Assembly (NCBI GenBank): GCA_037305845.1
Contig: CP147778.1
Coordinates: 320,001-384,000 of the forward strand
DNA length: 64,000 bases
Reading direction: 5' to 3'
Source of the DNA: Candidatus Freyarchaeum deiterrae
GTDB taxonomy: Archaea > Asgardarchaeota > Jordiarchaeia > Jordiarchaeales > Jordiarchaeaceae
In this document: piece by piece, positions 19,014 through 28,900 of the stretch
How positions within the stretch are numbered: the stretch's first letter is position 1
Layout of the letters: every line of letters starts with the position of its first letter
Program-made: the position numbers and the translations under genes
Notes under the pieces: model-generated
The model's input: the letters and a program-made list of their open reading frames with translations, nothing else
Databases searched by the model: none
What the model was told of the DNA's origin: nothing

Positions 19014-20231
19014 TTGAAACAGCTTCAAAAGATGGATATCAAAATGGGAATGCGAAGCTCACGGAGTAGAAAAACTAGGAAGAAGATGGTTACCGAGCAA
19101 AAAGAGGCCTCCGCGGTCTCTATGCTTAAGCCTAACGCCATAATGTTTTTTACTAATGTTTCCATAGGAATTGGTCAAATCATTCTTCCTCTATTTGCTA
19201 AGGATCTGGGAGCCTCAGACACCCTGCTAGGCATTATCGGTGCGGGGTATGGGTTGGCTCTGCTCGTTTCCTCATACATTTTTGGCTGGGCTGCCGATGT
19301 CACCGGGAGAAGGGTTCTCTTACTGGCTGGCTTGCTGAGTTCTGCGGTAATGTACGGTATGCAGTTTTTGGTTCCCAATGGGAACTTTTTGTTTATAACT
19401 TGGTCTCTGGCGGGTTTTTGTGTAGGAATTTATCCTCAAGCCTTGATAGCTTACGGCTATGAACTGAAGAGAAAAATGGGTACATTTGTATCATATGGTT
19501 CTCTGGGCTGGGGTTTGGGAAACCTTATTGCGGGAATTATTGCCATTTACCTGGATGTATTCATCTTAGCGGGTTTATTCTTCTTATTAGGGTTTGTAGT
19601 TGCACTCAGAATGCCGATTACCGATGTTAGACTCAAGGTACCCTTGTTTCCCAAACACGTAATTAAGAGAAATGTATCAATTTATATAGCATTTTTCCTG
19701 AGACACACGGGCGCTTATGCCGCGTGGATTATTTTCCCCCTCTTCTTAAGGCAGCTGGGTGCAAACGATGTATGGATAGGTGTACTGTACGCAATAAATT
19801 CCTTCGGCCAATTCTTTATGATGAGACCCTTAGATAGGTTCAGAAGCGTGTCATTGGTTATAGGTGGGCTTTCATTCTCCGCATTGACATTCTCCCTATA
19901 CTTCTTTGCACAAAACGTTTGGCAAGTAATTCCCATTCAGCTAGTTCTAGCCCTCTCATGGTCTCTACTTTATATCGGCTCTCTAAAATTCGTAGCCGAA
20001 AGCGGGATTGAGAGAGGAACGTCAGTAGGTTTACTCAATCTGACCATCAGCCTCTCAACAGTTATCGGGCCCCTAATAGGAGGAGTCATCAGCCAACTGT
20101 GGGGATTCAGATACACTATGCTCTTCGCTCTGGCCCTAACTCTCGCTGGTTTATTATTTTTCACACTCTATCTAAGACACAGCAATAACAACACTCAAGA
20201 ACCACAAAATAAAAAGAATAAAAAATTGTAA
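19014..20231 (+). CDS. MFS transporter (true start probably downstream)
   Basis: About 12 hydrophobic segments; motif A GWAADVTGRR. Confidence 0.88.
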   Translation: MKQLQKMDIKMGMRSSRSRKTRKKMVTEQKEASAVSMLKPNAIMFFTNVSIGIGQIILPLFAKDLGASDTLLGIIGAGYGLALLVSSYIFGWAADVTGRRVLLLAGLLSSAVMYGMQFLVPNGNFLFITWSLAGFCVGIYPQALIAYGYELKRKMGTFVSYGSLGWGLGNLIAGIIAIYLDVFILAGLFFLLGFVVALRMPITDVRLKVPLFPKHVIKRNVSIYIAFFLRHTGAYAAWIIFPLFLRQLGANDVWIGVLYAINSFGQFFMMRPLDRFRSVSLVIGGLSFSALTFSLYFFAQNVWQVIPIQLVLALSWSLLYIGSLKFVAESGIERGTSVGLLNLTISLSTVIGPLIGGVISQLWGFRYTMLFALALTLAGLLFFTLYLRHSNNNTQEPQNKKNKKL

Positions 20232-20302
20232 GAACCTCTAATGAAACTCCTTTTTAAAAAGCAGCTCATCACGATTTATTCACTTGACAGTTTTATTTAT
20301 TT

Positions 20303-20758
20303 TCAGATCTTGGTCGAAATGCTTTTACCGAACTCCTCAGCTTTGGCAAGTTCACCTTCAACAAGTGGACCCTTCGAAAACCCCTTGATTTGCGTTGTTA
20401 AACCCGGAGCAACCAGTTTTAGCCCTGGAATTTTTCCTCGAATCTGTTTCTCCATTTTTTGAACAGCTCTGAGGTCATTTCTCGCGTGTGTGTCGAAAAC
20501 AGCGCCTGCTTTTCCTTTCAAATCAAGCTTTTCTAACTTTTTCAGGAAATTCTTGATGTCTCCCACCGGTCCTCCCCCGTTATTTGGGGAACCAATAATT
20601 AACGCATCATATTCTAAAGCTTCTTCGGGTTTAGTTTCCTTAACGTCCTTGACTGCAGCCTCTGCCTTTTTCGTTGTATTAATACCCTTGGCTATTGCCT
20701 CTGCTACTGCTTTGGTGTTCCCGTACCTGCTCCAATAAACTACCAATGCTTTTGGCAA
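20303..20758 (-). CDS. Flavodoxin, copy 1
   Basis: YWSRYGNT FMN phosphate loop, IIGSP, AVFDT. Confidence 0.9.
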   Translation of the reverse strand: MPKALVVYWSRYGNTKAVAEAIAKGINTTKKAEAAVKDVKETKPEEALEYDALIIGSPNNGGGPVGDIKNFLKKLEKLDLKGKAGAVFDTHARNDLRAVQKMEKQIRGKIPGLKLVAPGLTTQIKGFSKGPLVEGELAKAEEFGKSISTKI

Positions 20759-21032
20759 AATATCAAACGCTCCACCAATAATTTTCTGATACTATTTTAT
20801 TTAACCTATTTTGTAATTATCCGCTCCTTAAACCAGAAGATTAAATGTATTTTATTGTTTAATGGGTGCATGAAATATTAATTTTTATTCGTTGACAGTG
20901 ACCAGCCAAACAATCGAAATTATAAAAAAAATAGGTTATAGGGAGTTACTACTTAGATTGTAATGAACTCCAATGAAACTCTTTTGGGAAATAGCTCATC
21001 ACGATTTATTCGCTTAACAGTTTTATTTATTT

Positions 21033-21497
21033 TCAGATCTTGGCCGAAATGCTTTTACCGAACTCTTCAGCTTTGGCAAGTTCTCCTTCAACAAGTGGAC
21101 CCTTCATAATTCCCTTGGCCTCTCCTCCAAAACCCGGAGCCACCAGTTTTAAACCCGGAATTTTTCCCCGAATCTGTCTCTCCATTTTTTGAATAGCTCT
21201 AAGATTACTTTGTCCCGGACCACTGTGTGTGTCGAAAACAGCGCCTTTTTTTCCTTTCAGATTAAGCTTTTCTAATTTTTTCAGGAAATTCTTGATGTCT
21301 CCAACCGGTCCTCCACCGTGGTTTGCAGAACCAATAATTAGCGCATCGTAGTCTAAAACCTCTTCGGGTTTAGTAATCTTAACGTCCTTGACTACAGCCT
21401 CTGCCTTTTTCGTTGCATTAATACCCTTGGCTATTGCTTCTGCTACTGCTTTGGTGTTTCCCGTCTTGCTCCAATAAACTACCAATGCTTTTGGCAA
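21033..21497 (-). CDS. Flavodoxin, copy 2
   Basis: YWSKTGNT, IIGSA, AVFDT. Confidence 0.9.
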   Translation of the reverse strand: MPKALVVYWSKTGNTKAVAEAIAKGINATKKAEAVVKDVKITKPEEVLDYDALIIGSANHGGGPVGDIKNFLKKLEKLNLKGKKGAVFDTHSGPGQSNLRAIQKMERQIRGKIPGLKLVAPGFGGEAKGIMKGPLVEGELAKAEEFGKSISAKI

Positions 21498-21765
21498 AAT
21501 ATCAAACGCTCCTTCAATAACTTTCTGCTACTATTACACAATTTTGTGATTACCCTCTCCCTAAATTAGGAGATTAAACTTATTTTATTATTTTATAGGT
21601 ACATGAAATATTAATATTTATTCTTTGGCAGTGACCAGCTAAACAATCAAAAATATCAAAAAAATATGTTATAGGGAGTTACTGCTTGAATTGTAGTGAA
21701 CTCCAATGAAACTCTTTTGGGAAATAGCCCATCACGATTTATTCGCTTAACCGTGTTATTTATTT

Positions 21766-22221
21766 TCAGATCTTGGTCGAAATGCTTTTTCCGAACTCCT
21801 CAGCTTTCGCAAGTTCACTCTCAGCAATTGGACCCTGCATTCCCTCAACCTGCAATGCTAAGCTTGGGGCAACTAGTTTTAGGCCTGAAATTTTTTCCTG
21901 TATCTGTTTCTCCATTTTTTGCCCGACTTTAAGGTCGTTTTTATTATGTGTATCAAAAACGGCGCATGCTTTTCCTTTCAAATTAAGCTTTTCTAATTTT
22001 TTCAGGAAATTCTTGATGTCTCCAACCGGTCCTCCCATGTGATTTGCCGAACCAATAATTAACGCATCGTAGTCTAAAACCTCTTCTGGTTTAGTATCTT
22101 TAACATTCTTTACTACTACCTCTACCTTTTTTGCTGCCTTTATTATCCCTTTGGCTATTGAATCTGCCACTTTTTTGGTGTTTCCGTACCTACTCCAATA
22201 GACAATTAAAACTTTTGACAA
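21766..22221 (-). CDS. Flavodoxin, copy 3 (start moved to TTG at 22221 by alignment with paralogs)
   Basis: YWSRYGNT; paralogs begin at the equivalent TTG. Confidence 0.88.
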   Translation of the reverse strand: MSKVLIVYWSRYGNTKKVADSIAKGIIKAAKKVEVVVKNVKDTKPEEVLDYDALIIGSANHMGGPVGDIKNFLKKLEKLNLKGKACAVFDTHNKNDLKVGQKMEKQIQEKISGLKLVAPSLALQVEGMQGPIAESELAKAEEFGKSISTKI

Positions 22222-22399
22222 AATCACATCACTCCCCAAATAGACTTTTAGTATCTTCTTATTCAATCGTACAAATATCTTTTACTCTAATCTAAGCGCA
22301 AGATTAAATATCTTTAGGAAACAAGGAATAATGGAAGTATGGAAGAACTTACCTAAGATTTTCTCACTCTCAAGAATAATTCACTCTCCGTGTTTTAGG

Positions 22400-22524
22400 A
22401 GGGGTCTCTCAAGGATCTTCCACTTTGCGTGAGCCTAGAGCCAACCTAGAGAAGGCTACGCGTCTCGTATAACTTTCGGCTTTAGGCCATAGAAAAGGTA
22501 ATAGGGGAATTAAAGAAGAAATAA
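22400..22524 (+). pseudogene. Degenerate 3' remnant of a phytoene desaturase-like FAD oxidoreductase
   Basis: LKDL/HFA*A*SQPREGYASRITFG resembles the family C-terminal GLYFAGAW.QPGGGY motif; contains stops and frameshifts. Confidence 0.4.
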
Positions 22525-22541
22525 GAAATGAGGGAGCGAAA

Positions 22542-23642
22542 ATGTGTGCAGCACAACAGCCAAGGGATTACACTAAAGAACCAGACATTGTAAAGAAAAT
22601 AGTGGACGGTTTACATCCAGAAAGAATGTATCTGAAAGTGAAAGAAATAATTGAAGAGACGCCGAGCACGAAAACCTTTAGGATGGTGCCAACCAAGGGA
22701 AAGTTACCACCCTTTAGAGCCGGCCAGTACGTTAACCTATTTGTAAATATAGAAGGAGTACTCACCAGTAGACCCTACAGCATATCCTCATCGCCCACCA
22801 AGACGGAATACATCGACCTCACAGTACGTAGAAAGCAGAACGGCTTCGTATCCAACTATCTCATGGACAAGGTAAGAGTGGGTGATGAGTTTGAAACCAC
22901 AGGACCCATGGGGCAGTTCTATTACGAGCCTCTTACTGATGGAAAAAATTTGGTATTCCTCGCTGGTGGAAGTGGGGTAACTCCCTTCATGAGCATCATC
23001 AGAGAAGTGGTGGATCGAAAACTAGATTTTAACATCTGGTTGATTTACGGAAGCCGTGTTCCCAGCGACGTAATCTTCCTCAAGGAACTGGAAAAAATTG
23101 CTAAAAAGTATAAAAACACTCATTTCACGGTTGTGATTTCAGAGCCTCCAGATGGTTACACGGGAGTATGCGGCTTCTTGGAGAGGGGAATCATCTTGAG
23201 TCAAATAGGCCAAGCTGAAGGCAAGACATTCTACATGTGTGGACCGCGGGTGATGTACACCTTCTGCGAAAGTGAATTAGCCAGTCTAAAACTGCCCAGA
23301 AGAAGATTCAAGCGTGAATCTTACGGTCCCCCAGACGATGTAACCATGGAGCCAGACTGGCCTTCTGGTCTCTCAGGTGACAAACAGTTCACTGTGGAAG
23401 TAGTTGGTAAAAAGACCTTTGAGGCACGCGCAGGTGAACCCCTAATGAACTCCTTGGAAAGGGAGGGTGTAGTTATTCCAGCAGTTTGCCGCTCTGGAGT
23501 TTGCACAACTTGTCGCACCAAGCTGGTTTCAGGAAAGGTTTTCATGCCAAGCACGGTAACACTGTTAGAGGCTGACCGCAAATTCGGCTACATTCATCCG
23601 TGCATGGCCTACCCAATCTCGGATATAAAAATTCGAATCTAG
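22542..23642 (+). CDS. FNR-type FAD/NAD(P) oxidoreductase with C-terminal 2Fe-2S ferredoxin (PaaE/Hcr-like)
   Basis: RPYSISS, GFVS, AGGSGVTP, MCGP, CRSGVCTTC...C. Confidence 0.9.
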   Translation: MCAAQQPRDYTKEPDIVKKIVDGLHPERMYLKVKEIIEETPSTKTFRMVPTKGKLPPFRAGQYVNLFVNIEGVLTSRPYSISSSPTKTEYIDLTVRRKQNGFVSNYLMDKVRVGDEFETTGPMGQFYYEPLTDGKNLVFLAGGSGVTPFMSIIREVVDRKLDFNIWLIYGSRVPSDVIFLKELEKIAKKYKNTHFTVVISEPPDGYTGVCGFLERGIILSQIGQAEGKTFYMCGPRVMYTFCESELASLKLPRRRFKRESYGPPDDVTMEPDWPSGLSGDKQFTVEVVGKKTFEARAGEPLMNSLEREGVVIPAVCRSGVCTTCRTKLVSGKVFMPSTVTLLEADRKFGYIHPCMAYPISDIKIRI

Positions 23643-23786
23643 TTACAGTTGCTGAACTACTTTCTAATTTTTCTTTTGAGGATTGGACTTTAGCCGCGGT
23701 TTTCCTTTTTCTCTAAATTTTTCGGTTTCCACATTGAATCATTTTATAATCCGTCCTGCATATTGAAGCATAAGAAATAAAGGTAT

Positions 23787-25115
23787 TTGATTACTATAAA
23801 TCCACGAAATGGTGGTGAGACTGTTTTGGAAGGAGTATTCTTTTCTGATGTTACTGGAATTGATCCCGAAAATCATATAATTTGCACTTATTATGTAGAA
23901 ACTTCTGGCAGTCTTGAGAGTGCTGGAGAAGCCATAGCTGCAGAAGAATCCATAGGAACATGGACTGACATCAAAACTATAAAAGTTGATATTCAGCAGA
24001 GACTCGCAGCTAAGGCTTTCAAATTCGAGGAAAAAGAAAAGGGAACAGGATTAATTAAGATAGCCTTTCCCTTGGAACTTTTCGATTTAGAAAAAGGTGG
24101 CATCCCAAACATAATGAGCATGATTACAGGAAACCTATTCGGCCTTTCAGCATTAAAAAATGTGAGACTGCTTGACGCTGAATTCCCCAAGTCTGTGCTG
24201 ACCTATTTTCCCGGACCGAAATTCGGATTGGAAGGCGTAAGAAAAATCGTAGGTACAAAGGAGAGTAGACGACCTCACCTCGGAACAATAATCAAACCCA
24301 AGGTTGGTCTAAACCCATCAGAAACCGCTGAAGTGGCTTACGAGGCAGCTGTCGGCGGAGTGGACTTCATCAAGGATGATGAAACGCTTGTCTCACAGAG
24401 CTTCTGTCCCTTGGAAGAGAGGCTTTCCAAAGTTATGGAGAAAATTGACCTAGTGAAGGAGGAAACAGGACGCACAGTTTTCTATGCACTGAACATAACC
24501 GGGAACGTGAATACGCTCTATGAGTTTGCGGATTACGCAGTGGAAAACGGAGCAAACATGATTATGCTGGACATCCTGCTCTCCGGCTTAGCCGCATTAC
24601 AGAGACTCGCAGAGGACCCCTCGATAACGGTTCCCCTTCACTGCCACAGAACATTCCACGCAGCCTTCACCAAAAACCCTGTCCACGGAGTCCACATGAA
24701 GGTGATAGGCATGTTAACCAGACTCGCCGGAGGAGACCAGCTTCACAGCGGAACCGCTGCGGGAAAAATGGGGATAGAGGAAGAGACACCTGAAACGTTA
24801 GAAACCAACGCCGCTCTGCTTAAAGAGTGGGGGAACATGAAAACAGTTATGCCTGTAGCTTCGGGTGGAATTCACCCCGCACTGGTTCCCAAAAACCTCG
24901 AAGTACTGGGCACAGACCTCGTCATCAACGCAGGTGGCGGCATCCACGGTCACCCGGACGGAACTAGAGCAGGAGCTGCTGCAATGAGGCAGGCGATAGA
25001 CGCGGTTATGAAAAAAATCCCTCTAGAAAAATACGCAAAGACACACAAAGAACTTCAAAGAGCACTTGAAAAATGGGGATACAGGTACGTAGAAAAACCC
25101 GAATCCATCAAGTAG
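23787..25115 (+). CDS. rbcL: RuBisCO large subunit, archaeal form III type (start probably TTG at 23826)
   Basis: EESIGTW, GNLFG, IIKPKVG, DFIKDDE, HCHR, HSGTAAGKM, SGGIH, GGGIHGHP. Confidence 0.9.
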   Translation: MITINPRNGGETVLEGVFFSDVTGIDPENHIICTYYVETSGSLESAGEAIAAEESIGTWTDIKTIKVDIQQRLAAKAFKFEEKEKGTGLIKIAFPLELFDLEKGGIPNIMSMITGNLFGLSALKNVRLLDAEFPKSVLTYFPGPKFGLEGVRKIVGTKESRRPHLGTIIKPKVGLNPSETAEVAYEAAVGGVDFIKDDETLVSQSFCPLEERLSKVMEKIDLVKEETGRTVFYALNITGNVNTLYEFADYAVENGANMIMLDILLSGLAALQRLAEDPSITVPLHCHRTFHAAFTKNPVHGVHMKVIGMLTRLAGGDQLHSGTAAGKMGIEEETPETLETNAALLKEWGNMKTVMPVASGGIHPALVPKNLEVLGTDLVINAGGGIHGHPDGTRAGAAAMRQAIDAVMKKIPLEKYAKTHKELQRALEKWGYRYVEKPESIK

Positions 25116-25182
25116 CATTAAGGCGCATAAACCCTATTAAAAATTTAGGAATCGAGTTATTTAGAATCAGGATTTAACATTA

Positions 25183-25811
25183 CTATTTTTCTTTTTGTTC
25201 GAGGGCTCTGTCGATTTCCTCTTTAAACAGTGAATAGGGCTCCGCTCCAAATATTACACTATGGTTTTTAATTATGAATGTGGGAACTCCTGTTATACAT
25301 TTGTTTCTTCCTTCACGATAATTTTGAATTATTATGTCCTTCTTGGAACCACCGTTCAGACATTTTTCGAACAATTCCACATCCATTCCTACATCGGTGG
25401 CTATTTCCTTTAAAACTTCCACACTGCCAATGTCTCTATGTTCTTTGAATAAAGCGTCAAAAACCTTTTCGTGGAATTCCCAGAACTTACCCTGATCCCT
25501 TGCGCACTCACTAGCCTCGAAGGCTTTCACGGAGTCGGGAAGTGTGAAGGGAAGTTTGGGGGGGTGATCTTTATGTCCAGATTTCTCTCCTCAGCTAGGT
25601 TTTTAATACGTTCGAAAACTCTGAGAATAAAATCATTTGACATTATGGGTTTAATGCTTCCTGGGTATAGGGGATAGTGTTTCCAAGTAAAACTAATTTT
25701 GTCACCGTACTCTTCCTTTAGTTCCTTTAGGGTGAGGTATCCTATAAAGCAGAAGGGGCATATGTAATCCGAAAAAACGATGATTTCAAGAGGAGAATTT
25801 TTTTCAACCAA
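25183..25811 (-). CDS. DsbA/FrnE-family thiol oxidoreductase split into two ORFs by a -1 frameshift
   Basis: ORF 25527-25811 has SDYICPFC; ORF 25183-25530 has KAFEASECA...ITGVPTF (cis-Pro); joined length 209 aa. Confidence 0.8.
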
Positions 25812-25940
25812 AATTTCTTCACCAGCCTAATTTCCAATCACATCGTTAAAAACATTTTCAAACCACTCATGGGTTCCAGAGAAAAATGGTGATAAATAAA
25901 GTGGAAAGAAAAGATTGTTAATATCTCAAGAGAAGCTAAT

Positions 25941-28900
25941 CTAAACAATGTCTAGCTGGCTCAATTTCTTCTCGCAACTCGGGCAGGTTCCCTTTATCTT
26001 GATCCATTCTAATAGGTGGTCTTTGTGGCTCAGGGCTCCGCAGCATGGACACTTGACCAACTGGTCTCCTGAGACAATGTTTATCTGGCACACTGGGCAC
26101 CTGAGTCTGGCTCCTCCGCAGTTGGGGCAATACTTTTCGTCCCCCTGAATCTCGGTTCCGCAGAACATGCAGCACCGCTGCCCAATGTCAGGTGTAGGTG
26201 AGGTGATTACTCCCAGCTTTTTCTCAACGGTAGCAAGTTTGGCGCTGTATTTCTGGTATATTTCCCGGTACTCGTCGGGGGTGAGTTTTCCGGCTTCGAA
26301 CCGGGTGTTTATCTCCGCCATCAGGTCCTTGAGAGCCGCCCTTCTAGATTCGAGGTCTTGAGCCAGACGCTTGGCTTTGGCTGGCTTTACACGCTTTGCA
26401 GCGGTTACTGTCTGTGCTTCACTCTGAGGCGTTGTCCTCCTGATTTTGAGAATTATCTTCTGTTCTGAGGCTTTTTCTTCTCTTGTGGGAGAGATTTGGG
26501 TCCCTGTATAGCTGGCTGGTCTCTGAGGAGCAGTCTCTGGATATCTGGTTGGGGCTTCCGTCTCGGTAATCTGTTCTTCTTCCCTTCTTCCTCTCCGCAA
26601 TCCCAATGTGGCAACCGTGACCCCTGCGACCGCGACCAAGCCTAGAGTCAGGTAAATCAGAGGATTTAGGCCGCTGGGTGTATTCAAGAAAAGTATTAGT
26701 AATGGGATATACGGATACCACACTGGTGTTCCGAGTATGGCAAAGTAGGTTAAATGGTTAGTATACCCAGTTATTGTGTTGTTCTGGATGTCTACGGTGC
26801 TTGGGAGCTGGATCCAGTTTCCTGAGGTTTCGTTCCAGTACCATATTGCTAGGGAGTTTTCTTTCAGGTTGTTTCCTGTGACTTCTTGGTCAGTGTAGTG
26901 TATTGTTATATTGATTCCCTGAATTGCGGTTGTGTTATCTACCTCGATAGAAACAAATCTTCCCAAAAAGTTCAAGCCGAAGGGCGTATTTCCCTTCAGG
27001 TTATCTATGATTTTTATAATGCTCAAGTTAACTGGATTTGTTAGATTTATAGTGAGTTCTACCCCCATTTGTACCGAGACATTCACAAGTTTATTTATAC
27101 CAGCACCAATACTGGTAGTGATTGAAGAGTCTACTTTTTCCACAACAAAAGTTTCCTTATGAGATGAACTCATGTAGACTGTTCTTTTGTTGTCCGTAAT
27201 ATTTAGCCCAAAGAAACTAGCAGTCACTCTGGCCGCATTATATATCGGGGTCCCACCAACATAGGTTTGATATGGTACAATAAACCAGTCGGTTAATCCA
27301 CTTTGGTTTGTTGTGGAGTTGCTGCCGCCAAATTCAGGAGAGGCGTAAACTACGTTTCCATCAACCTCTACCTTAACGTCCGCACCCTGTACAGGATTCT
27401 CGTTTTTGTCCAGAACCTCAATACAGAGATAATTTGCTACAACACTTCCCGTGAAATCAATATATAAGTTACTACCATCCAGATTGAAACCGTATCTGTT
27501 GTTCACAAGAGTGTTATCTGTAAGAGTATTGTTGTTTGATTTCCATTCTAGGAAGAAACCGGCGGCGCCGTTGTTGTTTGCAGTGTTACACGAAAGAGTG
27601 TTGTTTGAGCTTTGGGACAGGAAGAAGCCGTCTCCGTTGTTGTTTGCGGTATTGTTTGAGAGAGTATTGTTGGAGCTGTCGTACATGTAGAAGCCATCGC
27701 CGTTGTTGATGGCGAAATTGCTCATAAGTTTGCTATACGTGCTGCGAAATATATCGAATCCATAGTTGTTGTTGCTTGCTGTGTTACCCGTAAGAGTGTT
27801 GTTGTAGGTGTTGTATATGTTGAAGCCGTCCCAGACGTTGTTGGTTGCGGTGTTGCCTGAGATATTGTTGTTATTGGAACCGAACCAGAGATATAAGCCG
27901 TACATGTTGTTGTATGAAATCGTATTATTAATGAGTTGGTTGTTGGAACTGGAGTCGAGGAAGAATCCGTCGTTACTGTTGTTTGTGACGTTGTTGTTTC
28001 TTATTATATTGTAGTAAGCATTCCAGAGCAATATTCCATAGTAGTTGTTTGAGAAGGTGTTGTTTTCGATTACCGCGTTGTCGGTGTTTATGCAGGGACC
28101 GCAATCCTCTTTGTTTGGCCAGTTGCTGTATCCGCAGTAGTGTATTTCGCTGTTGTTCATCTGGAATGTTGCTCCGGGTTGCACCCAGAATACGAAGTTA
28201 TGCGCATTATCTTTATTGTAGGCTGTGATTACTGTGGCGTCATTTGTGGTGAGAGGGTTACCGTCACTATCATTGATGTACAATGCTCCCCCGCTCTTAA
28301 CTTCTATGCCGTGTTCGCCGTTGGTGGAGCAGTTGACAAATAAGGTGACGCTGGTTAGTGTCAGGCTTCCCCCGCCAGCTATTGTAAGGTTTCCATTTAG
28401 TATAATTTGAGTGTTTGAAATGTTCTGTGAATCACTTATTGTGGTATCTCCCCATATAGTGGGGGTAGCGGTGAAGTTTTCAATATGAGAAGATGATATG
28501 TCAACAATTCTAGGGTTGTTGAGAAAGCTCATTATTTTGAATTTCACGGTTACAACCGTTGTGTTCCCCACCCAGGCTCCACTGGTAAAGGTTTGATAGG
28601 GAACAATGATCAAGTCGGTTAATCCGTTTTGGTCTGTTGAGGAATTAATTCCACCAAATCCGGGGGAGGCGTAAAGCGGGTTCCCGTCAACCTCTACCTT
28701 AACATCCGCACCCTGCACAGCACCACCGTCGTAGCCCAGTACCTTAACGCTGAGATAATTTGACACAATACTGCCTGTGAGATCATTGCCTGAACTGCCA
28801 GCTTCAAGATAGAAACCGTATGCGTTGTTTACGGCAGCGTTTCCCGTAATAGTATTGTTCAAGCAGGAGAATAGGTAGAAGCCGTAGGTGCTGTTTGTGG

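Larger units (their letters stand above)
20241..22230. repeat. Tandem triplication, unit ~732 bp, each unit carrying a flavodoxin gene
   Basis: ATGAAACTC anchor at 20241, 20973, 21706; intergenic DNA is also homologous. Confidence 0.9.

Noticed and set aside
25527-25530. TGA in the DsbA gene as a selenocysteine codon
   Set aside because: The downstream half is in a different frame, so readthrough would not restore it, and the TGA is not at a redox Cys position
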